A program made the translations under genes and the position numbers. A stretch of 34,622 nt of DNA from a virus (Duplodnaviria > Caudoviricetes), in IMG/VR virus record IMGVR_UViG_3300014655_000006, positions 1 to 34,622 of that record; one strand, 5' to 3'. Below the pieces are notes generated by a model. That model made no database searches and was not told the DNA's origin. It was given only the letters and a program-made list of their open reading frames with translations. Positions 8,342 through 16,319 of this stretch are shown one piece after another (positions within the stretch are counted from its first letter, which is position 1; each line of letters starts with the position of its first letter).

Positions 8342-9487
8342 ATGAGTCTCCACACCATAGACAAGGACATCCGCCTGAATTTCGTGGATGGATCCCGCAC
8401 CCGCTTCAAGATGAGGTTCTTGCAGCCTGGGGTTGTCTCGTACGCCGAGATGGCTGATGGTGGCATCGAGCTCCTGGAGAAGTCCACCATCGACGCCGCC
8501 TGCGACTCCTTCATCGGATGCCCCCTTCAGATCACCCACCCCAACCCCAAGGCCCACGGAAAGGTGGACAAGGTCTACTTCAACTCCGAGGACGGATGGT
8601 ACTGGGCGGAGGGCACGGTTGAGACCGACGAGGCCAGAGTGGCTATCGACAAGGGCTGGAAGCCGTCCTGCGGCTATCGGGTGAACAAGATTGGTCCTGG
8701 AGGTACTTGGCACAATGTGAAGTACAAGTCCGAGATCCAGCAGATTACGTTCGACCACGTGGCCCTGGTAACAAAGCCCCGCTACGAAGATGCGGACGTA
8801 CGCCTTAACTCTATGAAGAACAACGTCATCAAGTGGATCAAGCAACTCGTCATGAGGGAGAACGCAAGCGTTCCCGCAGAGACGAACGTGGAACTGGCAG
8901 GCGACAGCGAGGTTGAAGTCAACGGCAAGTCCGTTCCGCTGAGCGTGCTCATCTCCACCTACGCCCGCGCCAACGAGGGCGTGGAGCCCAAGGCCGAGGA
9001 TGTACCCGCCGTGCTGGTGAAGGAAGAGATGCCCGTCAAGAAGGAGGAGAAGCCCGTGGTCTCCCTGTGTGAGGATGACAAGTCCAAGGAAGGGGGCAAG
9101 GGTGGTCCTGCCAAGGATGTCCAGCCTGGTGGCGAGACGACCGACAACGGTTCCAAGCTCACCCCTGGCGAAGGCACTGTCAGCTCCCTCCCCCTGACCG
9201 ACTCTCCCGAGAAGGAGGCTGCCTCCAAGTCAGCCGATGGCAAGGACGAGGTGAAGGTGGAGAAGATCGTCATCAACACGGCTCCCGTCAACACCCGCAA
9301 CATCATCGACACCCCGATCGTACAGGTGCCGAAGGCCGAGCGCGTGCTGGACGACAAGGCACAGGGCCTCAAGCATTTCAACGACTTGGCCACTGCCAAG
9401 GATCGCTTCAACGAGGCCATCAAGGGCCAGTCGGTTGACAGTTCATCCAAGGAGCGCCAGCTGGAGCTGGGTCGCCTCCTGTTCTAA
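8342..9487 (+). CDS. prohead protease plus scaffold (DUF2213 type)
   Basis: SFIGCPLQITHP, SCGY, DHVALVTKPRY motifs followed by a charged low-complexity tail. Start moved to ATG 8342. Confidence 0.85.
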   Translation: MSLHTIDKDIRLNFVDGSRTRFKMRFLQPGVVSYAEMADGGIELLEKSTIDAACDSFIGCPLQITHPNPKAHGKVDKVYFNSEDGWYWAEGTVETDEARVAIDKGWKPSCGYRVNKIGPGGTWHNVKYKSEIQQITFDHVALVTKPRYEDADVRLNSMKNNVIKWIKQLVMRENASVPAETNVELAGDSEVEVNGKSVPLSVLISTYARANEGVEPKAEDVPAVLVKEEMPVKKEEKPVVSLCEDDKSKEGGKGGPAKDVQPGGETTDNGSKLTPGEGTVSSLPLTDSPEKEAASKSADGKDEVKVEKIVINTAPVNTRNIIDTPIVQVPKAERVLDDKAQGLKHFNDLATAKDRFNEAIKGQSVDSSSKERQLELGRLLF

Positions 9488-9512
9488 GCCGGTCCCTTTT
9501 TCAAACCCTCTG

Positions 9513-9523
9513 CCGATAATATA
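9513..9523 (+). promoter_or_regulatory. putative late promoter CCGATAATATA (cement/capsid unit)
   Basis: GCCGATAATATA; A at +14 (9527) followed by a 10-nt leader to ATG 9537. Confidence 0.8.
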
Positions 9524-9536
9524 GGAAGAACACACC

Positions 9537-10031
9537 ATGAATACCCTCAACGTTAACCAGTTCGACATGTCAGTGATGCTGGCCCAGGCCACCAACTTGA
9601 CGAACCCGAACGTCATCGCCGTCCGCACGAACCCCTCCTCGGCGCAGGTCTCCTTCCCGTCGGGCACAGCGGTCAAGCTGATCGCCGGCCAGTCCGATGA
9701 GCGCCTCGTCGATGCCTGCACAGGTCCGACGGACCCGAGCTTCCTCGGAGTCATCGTCTACAACTCGCGCAAGGCCACCACGGCTCCTGGCGATCGCAGG
9801 GATGTGTTCGCCCCCGGCTCGACCCTCTATCTAGAGGCCGCTGGTGCGATTCCCCGCGGCTCGTTCCTTTCCTACGTTGCCCCGACCTACTCGGGCAGCA
9901 CGCAGCTGACGGACCCGCAGGTCCAGGTCGCCACGACTGGCCAGACCGTTATCGGTCAGGCTTACGACCAGGCCAACGGCGCCAACGCAATGCTTCAGGT
10001 GACGATCGTTTATCCCTTCGTCAGCCCGTAA
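9537..10031 (+). CDS. capsid cement/decoration protein
   Basis: 164-aa beta-rich protein between protease and major capsid, the usual position. Confidence 0.7.
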   Translation: MNTLNVNQFDMSVMLAQATNLTNPNVIAVRTNPSSAQVSFPSGTAVKLIAGQSDERLVDACTGPTDPSFLGVIVYNSRKATTAPGDRRDVFAPGSTLYLEAAGAIPRGSFLSYVAPTYSGSTQLTDPQVQVATTGQTVIGQAYDQANGANAMLQVTIVYPFVSP

Positions 10032-10055
10032 CCCTCAACAAGGAAACAACTTACC

Positions 10056-11183
10056 ATGAAGTCCCTCCGCCTTATCCCCACCGGCAACAAGCGCCTCAAC
10101 GAAGTGACGAAGATCACTGAGGACGAAGTTCAGCCTTTCTACTTCGACGACACTCGGGGCAAGTCCCTCTGGGCCGACGCCTCCAGGACGAAGCCCGACT
10201 ACCGTCTGAACAGCCCTGGCGACACGCCGGAGGCCAGCACGGGCTACCAGATTGCCATCGACACCTTGACGTATATCGTCCGCACTGTCACGGCGCAGAA
10301 GTTCTACGAGGTCAACCCGTCCGACTACCTGCCGGTCATGGTGGGTGAGGGTTCGTTCGCCAACGACTTCCTGAACAACCTGACGTTCTCCAATGCTGCC
10401 GACTTCGAGTCCGGCATCATCAACAGCGCCAGCTCGAACGCCCGCCTCGACACCGTCGAGACCGCCGTCGCTTCGATCACGACCGAGAACATTTACTGGG
10501 CGAAGGCGCTCGAGTACTCGATCAACGACGTGCAGCGCGCCCTGTTCGCCAACAACTGGGATCTCATCGAGTCCAAGCACAAGGCGATGAAGAAGAACTT
10601 CGACCTGGGCATCCAAAAGATCGCCTTCCTCGGTTCACGCACGGACACGGCCGACATCCAGGGCCTCCTGAACAACACGAAGGTCAACATCGTGGCCAGC
10701 CCGAGCTACCTGAACGTCCCGATCTCTTCCATGACGGCGGCACAGTTCAGCACGTTCGTCGGCACGGTCATCGGCGCCTACGTCACCAACGCCAACGCAA
10801 CGGCGATTCCGGACACGTTCCTGATCCCGCTGTCGGACTACCTGGGCCTTGCGGCTCCGGTGAGCTCGGACTTCCCCTTCAACTCCAAGTTGGAGTACCT
10901 GAGGAAGGCGTTCGTGGAGATCACGGGCAACGACAAGTTCGCCATCAAGAAGCTGGCCTACGCTGACGCCACGTACAACGCGGCCTACGGCATCAACCAG
11001 CAGGTCTACATCCTCTACCGCAACGACAGCGACTCCTTCCACATGAGGGTTCCGCAGCCGTACACGGTCCTCCAGCCCGGCACGTCCAACAACTACCAGT
11101 GGCAGCAGGTCTGCACTGCGCAGTTCACGGGGAACATCATCCTCCGCCCGCTCGAGCAGCTCCAGTTCCGGTTCACTCTGTAA
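10056..11183 (+). CDS. major capsid protein (DUF2184-like, HK97 fold)
   Basis: 375 aa, strong C-ending codon bias, IQKIAFLG, GLLNN and PDTFLIP motifs; followed by a terminator. Confidence 0.9.
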   Translation: MKSLRLIPTGNKRLNEVTKITEDEVQPFYFDDTRGKSLWADASRTKPDYRLNSPGDTPEASTGYQIAIDTLTYIVRTVTAQKFYEVNPSDYLPVMVGEGSFANDFLNNLTFSNAADFESGIINSASSNARLDTVETAVASITTENIYWAKALEYSINDVQRALFANNWDLIESKHKAMKKNFDLGIQKIAFLGSRTDTADIQGLLNNTKVNIVASPSYLNVPISSMTAAQFSTFVGTVIGAYVTNANATAIPDTFLIPLSDYLGLAAPVSSDFPFNSKLEYLRKAFVEITGNDKFAIKKLAYADATYNAAYGINQQVYILYRNDSDSFHMRVPQPYTVLQPGTSNNYQWQQVCTAQFTGNIILRPLEQLQFRFTL

Positions 11184-11244
11184 CCGGCAGCACGAGTCCA
11201 AGTAACGCATAGTATCACATCCAAATGGGGGTAGGCCCCCGCTA

Positions 11245-11273
11245 GACGGCTCTCCGAAAGGGGAGCCGTTTTT
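11245..11273 (+). terminator. rho-independent terminator after the capsid gene
   Basis: GACGGCTCTCC-GAAA-GGGGAGCCGTT stem with a GNRA loop and T run; small GGGGG-TAGG-CCCCC hairpin at 11227-11240 just upstream. Confidence 0.85.
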
Positions 11274-11290
11274 GCTTAGGTTTCGAAATG

Positions 11291-11301
11291 CCGATACTAT
11301 A
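11291..11301 (+). promoter_or_regulatory. putative late promoter, variant CCGATACTATA
   Basis: GCCGATACTATA just after the terminator; ATG at +14 (11305). Confidence 0.75.
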
Positions 11302-11304
11302 GTT

Positions 11305-11517
11305 ATGAACCCACTACTCGTTCTCGGTCTGGTTGCTCTCGTCGCGGCTGCGGTCGCTGTTCTCGTTGTCAAGTTCCTCCCCAACTCTTCACTGGCGAAG
11401 CGGCTGGAAGCCCTTGAGGCCAAGGCAGTTTCAACGGGGAAGGCGGACGTGGCCAAGGTTGAGACGGTCGTGAAGACCGACGAGGCCAAGGTCGAGGCCG
11501 TAGCCAAGAAGCTCTAA
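11305..11517 (+). CDS. small protein with an N-terminal membrane anchor
   Basis: MNPLLVLGLVALVAAAVAVLVVKF followed by a Lys/Ala/Glu-rich helix; start moved to ATG 11305. Confidence 0.75.
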   Translation: MNPLLVLGLVALVAAAVAVLVVKFLPNSSLAKRLEALEAKAVSTGKADVAKVETVVKTDEAKVEAVAKKL

Positions 11518-11521
11518 TCCC

Positions 11522-11896
11522 ATGCCTGTCAAACTATCTGCGGCCCCCGTTGGCCCATCCTCAGCAGTCCTCAAGGCCAAGGCCGCAGCCAACGCTGCAG
11601 CCCAGAAGGCACCCGTCGCTCCCCCGGAGCCGGTCGATACCACCGTCTACAACAAGGGCACCCGCTCCTTCTACGTCGGCTCTGGCAAGGTCAGCACGGG
11701 CCCGAACAAGGTGACGGCGTCCGAGGCGGCCTCGCTACTGAAGCTCTATCCGAGGGAGATCATCTCCACGGCTGACGGTCCGTCCACCACGGTGGCGGCT
11801 CTCGAGGCCGAGGTGGTTGCCCTCAGGGCTCAGCTGGCGGCCATCAAGAAGGATGTCGCCCCTGTGGTTGCTCCTGCCGCTCCCTCAGCCTCTTAA
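11522..11896 (+). CDS. Ala/Pro-rich hypothetical head-associated protein
   Basis: Lies between capsid and adaptor; C-terminal coiled coil. Confidence 0.7.
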   Translation: MPVKLSAAPVGPSSAVLKAKAAANAAAQKAPVAPPEPVDTTVYNKGTRSFYVGSGKVSTGPNKVTASEAASLLKLYPREIISTADGPSTTVAALEAEVVALRAQLAAIKKDVAPVVAPAAPSAS

Positions 11897-11901
11897 CCTC
11901 C

Positions 11902-12339
11902 ATGTACACCCCGCCGACTGTAGCCCAATTCAAGGCTCGGTTCGTCAGGGATTGGACCTACGGGGCCACTCCCCAGACGGTCAACGACTCGGACATCGCC
12001 AACGCCATCTACGACGCTGGGCGCAATATCAACTGCGGGCTGTACACGGACAACACGGAGTACCAGTGGGCGTACCTTTACCTGGCCGCCCACTACATGG
12101 TCATGGCGTTCAGGCGCAGCCGCCTGGGCACAGCCTCCTCCTTCAACTGGTTCACGGAGAGCAAGAACGTTGGTGAGGTGGGTCAATCCTTCACCTACCC
12201 GAGCTGGGTCAAGGATGACAAGTACCTTGGTGAGAAGACCCTGACCGGTTACGGAGAGGCCTTTGTCGCCATCACCGCCCCCCGCATGGTCGCCAACGTC
12301 CGTGTCACACCCCGCTCGAACTACTTCCAACCCTACTGA
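11902..12339 (+). CDS. head-tail adaptor (DUF4054-like)
   Basis: AQFKARF, YLYLAAHY, SKNVGEVGQSF, LTGYG pattern and synteny. Confidence 0.8.
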   Translation: MYTPPTVAQFKARFVRDWTYGATPQTVNDSDIANAIYDAGRNINCGLYTDNTEYQWAYLYLAAHYMVMAFRRSRLGTASSFNWFTESKNVGEVGQSFTYPSWVKDDKYLGEKTLTGYGEAFVAITAPRMVANVRVTPRSNYFQPY

Positions 12340-12917
12340 TGTCTCGCATCACCTATGAGCATACAGACGAATCACTCATCCACAAGGGCTTTGAGGCTCT
12401 CGTGGAGGAGCTGGTAAGGCTGCGCACATCGACGGTGGAGGTGGGTGTCCTCTCGGACAAGAACACCCGTACATCGGACAGGCACTACGACGGCAAGACG
12501 CTCTCCCCCTTGGGACCCCCTGAGTCGAACAACGCCACGGTGGGGTTCAACATGGAGTTCGGCAACGCCTCGGATGGGGCTGACCGGGTCCCTGCCCGCT
12601 CCTTCTTGCGTGAGCCTCTCATCAACCATCTCTCGGATGCGCTCACATCCGGAGGGGTTGCTTGGGAGCAGGGCGCCGGCAAGGCACCCAACGCCGAGTC
12701 GGGAACGGCCGTGATTGGCAACCCAGCCGACGCCTTGGGTACACTCCCCGAGCGCATCGGCCAGACTGCGGAGGCCGTCATCAAGGAGGCGTTCAACACT
12801 TCCGGCTTCGGCCAGTGGCCTCAGAACGCTCCCGGCACCATCGCTGCCAAGGGAAAGGACGAGCCTGGGGTTGACACGGGCCAGCTCAGGGACTCCATCA
12901 GCTACAGGATAACCTAA
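12339..12917 (+). CDS. neck/virion morphogenesis protein (HK97 gp10-like)
   Basis: MEFG, VPARSFLREPL, WPQNAPGTIAAKG..PGVDTGQLRDSISY motifs. Confidence 0.8.
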   Translation: MSRITYEHTDESLIHKGFEALVEELVRLRTSTVEVGVLSDKNTRTSDRHYDGKTLSPLGPPESNNATVGFNMEFGNASDGADRVPARSFLREPLINHLSDALTSGGVAWEQGAGKAPNAESGTAVIGNPADALGTLPERIGQTAEAVIKEAFNTSGFGQWPQNAPGTIAAKGKDEPGVDTGQLRDSISYRIT

Positions 12918-13333
12918 TGCAACATCCTCCCATCTTCAACGCCAACTCCGTTCCCCAGGAGACCATGGGTTACCTGCCGGACATGAGCGACACCCTGATG
13001 GAGTGGCTTCGCCCCATGGTGATTCGCCGCACCACCAAGACGGGACCCAACGCGGCCACGGAGTTCAAGGTACTTGAGACGGCTCAGACTCCCCAGAACT
13101 TCAACGGCTGCATCCAGCCTTACCCCGAGGAGAAGCTGGTCATGAAGCCCACGGAGCAGCGTTCTTGGAAGTGGTGGAAGATGTTCAGCACTACCGACCT
13201 GCTTCTTATCAACGACGACAAGGCCGAGGTGGACAACATCACCTACCGTGTTATGTCGAACAAGAACTGGAACCAAGCTGGCTTTTTCGTATATGAGATG
13301 ATCCAGACCTACCAGAACGGACAACCAGCATGA
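12917..13333 (+). CDS. head closure (stopper) protein
   Basis: Beta-rich 138 aa with GCIQP and YRVM..KNW...GF pattern; synteny. Confidence 0.7.
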   Translation: MQHPPIFNANSVPQETMGYLPDMSDTLMEWLRPMVIRRTTKTGPNAATEFKVLETAQTPQNFNGCIQPYPEEKLVMKPTEQRSWKWWKMFSTTDLLLINDDKAEVDNITYRVMSNKNWNQAGFFVYEMIQTYQNGQPA

Positions 13334-13839
13334 CCGACACCCTCATCCTCCTAGCCGGCCTGATCCAGACCAAGTGCGGCCTGCCAGATGGTTCCGTCTT
13401 CCTGTTCAACCAGAAGGTGGATCCGAAGGTGGTGGGGCGCCCTGGGATGTTCGTGTGCCTGCAGACCATCGGGGTGAAGGCTTACGGTCCCCAGATGCCC
13501 TCGTACCGCTGGGACGGGGTGCAGTACTGGGAGGACACGGCCATAACCAAGTCCGAACTTATCCAGATCGACATCTTCAGCCGCAACTTCGAGGCTCAGG
13601 AGAGGTACATGGATGTCGTTGCTACCTTTGGTAGTTACGCAACCAACGAGCTGTCCTTGGATGTGGGCATGAAGATCCAGCTCCTGCCCGACATTGTCAC
13701 CGTCTCCCAGCCCGACGGAGAGGCTATTCCCTACAGGTACATCCTTACTTTGAGGGTCAACAGGTTGTACACCAGCTCCATCCCGATGCCGTGGTTCGAC
13801 AACGGCTTCCTCCCCGTGCAGGTAGTGCCTGACCCTTGA
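13330..13839 (+). CDS. tail terminator/completion protein
   Basis: Immediately before the sheath; IQIDIFSRNFEA motif. Confidence 0.7.
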   Translation: MTDTLILLAGLIQTKCGLPDGSVFLFNQKVDPKVVGRPGMFVCLQTIGVKAYGPQMPSYRWDGVQYWEDTAITKSELIQIDIFSRNFEAQERYMDVVATFGSYATNELSLDVGMKIQLLPDIVTVSQPDGEAIPYRYILTLRVNRLYTSSIPMPWFDNGFLPVQVVPDP

Positions 13840-13859
13840 CCCCGATTTGCCTTCCGTGT

Positions 13860-13870
13860 CCGATAATATA
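13860..13870 (+). promoter_or_regulatory. putative late promoter CCGATAATATA (sheath/tube unit)
   Basis: Exact motif; A at +14 (13874) followed by an 11-nt leader to ATG 13885. Confidence 0.8.
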
Positions 13871-13884
13871 GAGAGACCCATACC

Positions 13885-15135
13885 ATGAGTGTAACCTCCA
13901 TCCTCCCGCTGAGCATCGGCATCAACGTCACAGTTGCCCTTCCTGGTGCTACCCTCCAGCCCTTCGCCATCAACAACCTGTGCCTAATCAGCTCAGAGAC
14001 GCTGACGACACAGGGCTTGGCCAATCTGGCAGCCGGTCCTGGCTACCTCGTCTACAACTCTCTTTCCGCCGTGCAGGTTGACTGGGGTGCAAACTCGGAG
14101 ACGTACGCAGCGGTCTCGGAGATCCTCGACCAGCCGTTCAACCCCCTCTCGGGCAATGGTGTGGTGCTTGTCTATCCCCAGCAGGTTCCTGGCACGGACA
14201 CGTTCACGACCTCCATCAACCAGCTTCTCAACCTGACCAGCGCCGGCGGGTTCATCCCTGTGGGCTTCCAGCCCTCGTACGCCGACTACATCTCGGCCGG
14301 CAATGCCGCCCAGAACACCGACCTCTCGGTCAACGCTCCGGCTGGTTTCATCGTTGTCGCCCCCACCCCCCTCCTCACGGATGTCACCACCTCCTACACG
14401 GCCACTCCTCCTGGCCTCGGTTCCCTTGCTCTTCAGCAGGGCCTGACCCGCCTGCGCGTCGTGTACTACGGAGGGACCTTCCCGCAGTTTCCCGTCGCCA
14501 ACACGGCCGGTGCCGCAGCGGCTCGGGTGTTCGCAGCCGCCTATGCCGGCCGTGGGTTCAGCACCAACTTCAACGGAGTGGCAACCTGCCAGACCCTCAA
14601 CTGGAAGCAGCTGGAGGGAGTCTCCGCAGACCCCACCATCACCACGACCATCTGGGCCTCGGCCCAGGCGAACGGCGTGGATGTCTACGCCAACGTCGGT
14701 GGACCGAATCTTCCGAAGATCCTCTGCAGCAACGGTGCTGGCGCGGGCGACTGGTTCGACAACGTGTACAATCTCCTGTGGTTCCAGAACGGAATTCAGG
14801 TGGCTGCGTACAACTCCCTCGCCTCGACCCAGACCAAGATCCCCCAGACCGAGGCCGGCATGACCGTCTTCAAGCGCCCGCTCCGCAACTTCTGCGCGCA
14901 GGCTGTTCAGGTTGGCTTCCTTGCCCCTGGCACCTGGACGCTTCCTGAGACCATCGGCGTCCCCGATGTGTGCGAGTCCAACATCGAGCAGTACGGTTAC
15001 TACCTGTACTCCCTGCCGGTGAGCGAGCAGTCCACGGCGGCCCGCCTCGCCCGCACCGCCCCGCTCACGCAGATTGCCATCAAGTACGCTGGGGCCATCC
15101 AGTCCGCCAGCATCGTCATCAACGTCAACTTCTAA
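13885..15135 (+). CDS. tail sheath protein (DUF3383 type)
   Basis: TLNWKQLEGV, WFDNVYNLLWF, KIPQTEAG, GFLAPGTW, GYY, YAGAIQS motifs. Confidence 0.9.
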   Translation: MSVTSILPLSIGINVTVALPGATLQPFAINNLCLISSETLTTQGLANLAAGPGYLVYNSLSAVQVDWGANSETYAAVSEILDQPFNPLSGNGVVLVYPQQVPGTDTFTTSINQLLNLTSAGGFIPVGFQPSYADYISAGNAAQNTDLSVNAPAGFIVVAPTPLLTDVTTSYTATPPGLGSLALQQGLTRLRVVYYGGTFPQFPVANTAGAAAARVFAAAYAGRGFSTNFNGVATCQTLNWKQLEGVSADPTITTTIWASAQANGVDVYANVGGPNLPKILCSNGAGAGDWFDNVYNLLWFQNGIQVAAYNSLASTQTKIPQTEAGMTVFKRPLRNFCAQAVQVGFLAPGTWTLPETIGVPDVCESNIEQYGYYLYSLPVSEQSTAARLARTAPLTQIAIKYAGAIQSASIVINVNF

Positions 15136-15144
15136 TAGAACACC

Positions 15145-15612
15145 ATGATCCTCTCAAGCGTAGACGTCATCGAACTCGGCCAGCAGACCTCGCGCCTGCT
15201 GATTAACTTCGGCGATGGCGACATCGGTCACCTCACGTTCCCCGGCAAGCACACTCGCAGTGTGGTTGGCAAGGACGGCACGGCCATCACCTCACGCGAC
15301 CAGGCTGGCCGCTGGGGCGAGCTCGTGCTCCGCCTTCTCAAGGGCTCCTCGGACGACATCTGGATGACGGGCATCCTGAACCAGTACCTCCTCACCACGC
15401 AGGGGTCCAACCCCGTGGGCTTCTACGCCCTCAGCGGGTCGATCACCAAGTACCTGAGCGACGGTCAGGCCAACGTCTCCATCGTATCTTACGCCCTGTC
15501 AAGCGGTACTGTCAGCAAGTCCCCCGAGATGGTTGTCAATGTCAACGGTGACACCAACCAGAACTTGGCCATCTGGACTGTTGAGGGCCTCATCGACATC
15601 GTACAGGGTTAA
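15145..15612 (+). CDS. tail tube protein (DUF3277-like)
   Basis: Follows the sheath; FGDGD, VGKDG, LRLLKGSSDD motifs. Confidence 0.85.
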   Translation: MILSSVDVIELGQQTSRLLINFGDGDIGHLTFPGKHTRSVVGKDGTAITSRDQAGRWGELVLRLLKGSSDDIWMTGILNQYLLTTQGSNPVGFYALSGSITKYLSDGQANVSIVSYALSSGTVSKSPEMVVNVNGDTNQNLAIWTVEGLIDIVQG

Positions 15613-15617
15613 TTTCA

Positions 15618-15673
15618 GTGCTGGGCATCAGGGAAAGGCCGGGGCGGTAACCCCGGCTTTTCTATGCCCACAC
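15618..15673 (+). terminator. long hairpin/terminator after the tail tube
   Basis: Core GGAAAGGCCGGGG-CGGTAA-CCCCGGCTTTTCT extended by TGGGCAT/ATGCCCA and GTG/CAC. Confidence 0.75.
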
Positions 15674-15681
15674 ACCAGAAT

Positions 15682-15692
15682 CCGATACTGTA
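15682..15692 (+). promoter_or_regulatory. putative late promoter, variant CCGATACTGTA
   Basis: Just after the hairpin; ATG at +14 (15696). Confidence 0.7.
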
Positions 15693-15695
15693 TGT

Positions 15696-16076
15696 ATGAC
15701 CATCAAGAAACTGGCATCTGGACGTGAGGTAGGACTGGGGGACATCCCCCTCGGCGAGTGCGAGGATGTGCTGCGCCTTATTGCAAACGAACTGCTCAGC
15801 GTGGGCATAGACATCAACTTGGAGGGGGGACTTAAGTCCCTTATGACTCAAGATGTTAACACCATCAAGAACATCCTTCTCAAGCTGGTTGGATCCAAGC
15901 CCATCTGGGCGGCAGCCGAGCAGCTCATGCTCCGCTGCAAGTACAACGGTGCGGCCATCAAGCCTGACACGTTCGAGCCCAAGGAGAACCGCAAGGACAA
16001 GATCCCCACCATGATGGCGGTACTCAAGCACGCCCTGGGGGATTTTATCGAAGGCCTCGACTCACCCTCAGCGTAA
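15696..16076 (+). CDS. tail assembly chaperone (gpG-like)
   Basis: Between tube and tape measure; contains G GAT TTT near the 3' end. Confidence 0.8.
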   Translation: MTIKKLASGREVGLGDIPLGECEDVLRLIANELLSVGIDINLEGGLKSLMTQDVNTIKNILLKLVGSKPIWAAAEQLMLRCKYNGAAIKPDTFEPKENRKDKIPTMMAVLKHALGDFIEGLDSPSA

Positions 16077-16318
16077 AGCCCAAGGGCACGATACTCGGGG
16101 CCAAAGGAGAAGCCAAGCAACCCAAGAAACCAAAGATCTCAACCAACGGATTCCCAACCACAATGCTCATCGCACTCCGCCTCTCCCGTGCCGGCTACGG
16201 CACCCCAGTCGAGATCCTCCAGTGGCCTGTAACCAAGGCCATGGATACCCTCGAGTATGAGAATTTTGTGCAGGACTACGAGCAGGCCGTGAGCGAGATG
16301 AACAGGGAGGAAGATTAA
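16040..16318 (+). CDS. -1 frame extension of the tail chaperone (gpGT-like); not in the ORF track
   Basis: The -1 frame is open from GGATTTT (16040-16046) to TAA 16316-16318, 1 nt before the tape measure ATG; encodes ...MLIALRLSRAGYGTPVEILQWPVTKAMDTLEYENFVQDYE... Confidence 0.75.
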   Translation, partial: GFYRRPRLTLSVKPKGTILGAKGEAKQPKKPKISTNGFPTTMLIALRLSRAGYGTPVEILQWPVTKAMDTLEYENFVQDYEQAVSEMNREED

Positions 16319-16319
16319 C

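Noticed and set aside
11184-11244. Possible ncRNA or ribozyme between the capsid gene and its terminator
   Set aside because: Only a 5-bp hairpin is visible; no recognisable ribozyme or riboswitch core.
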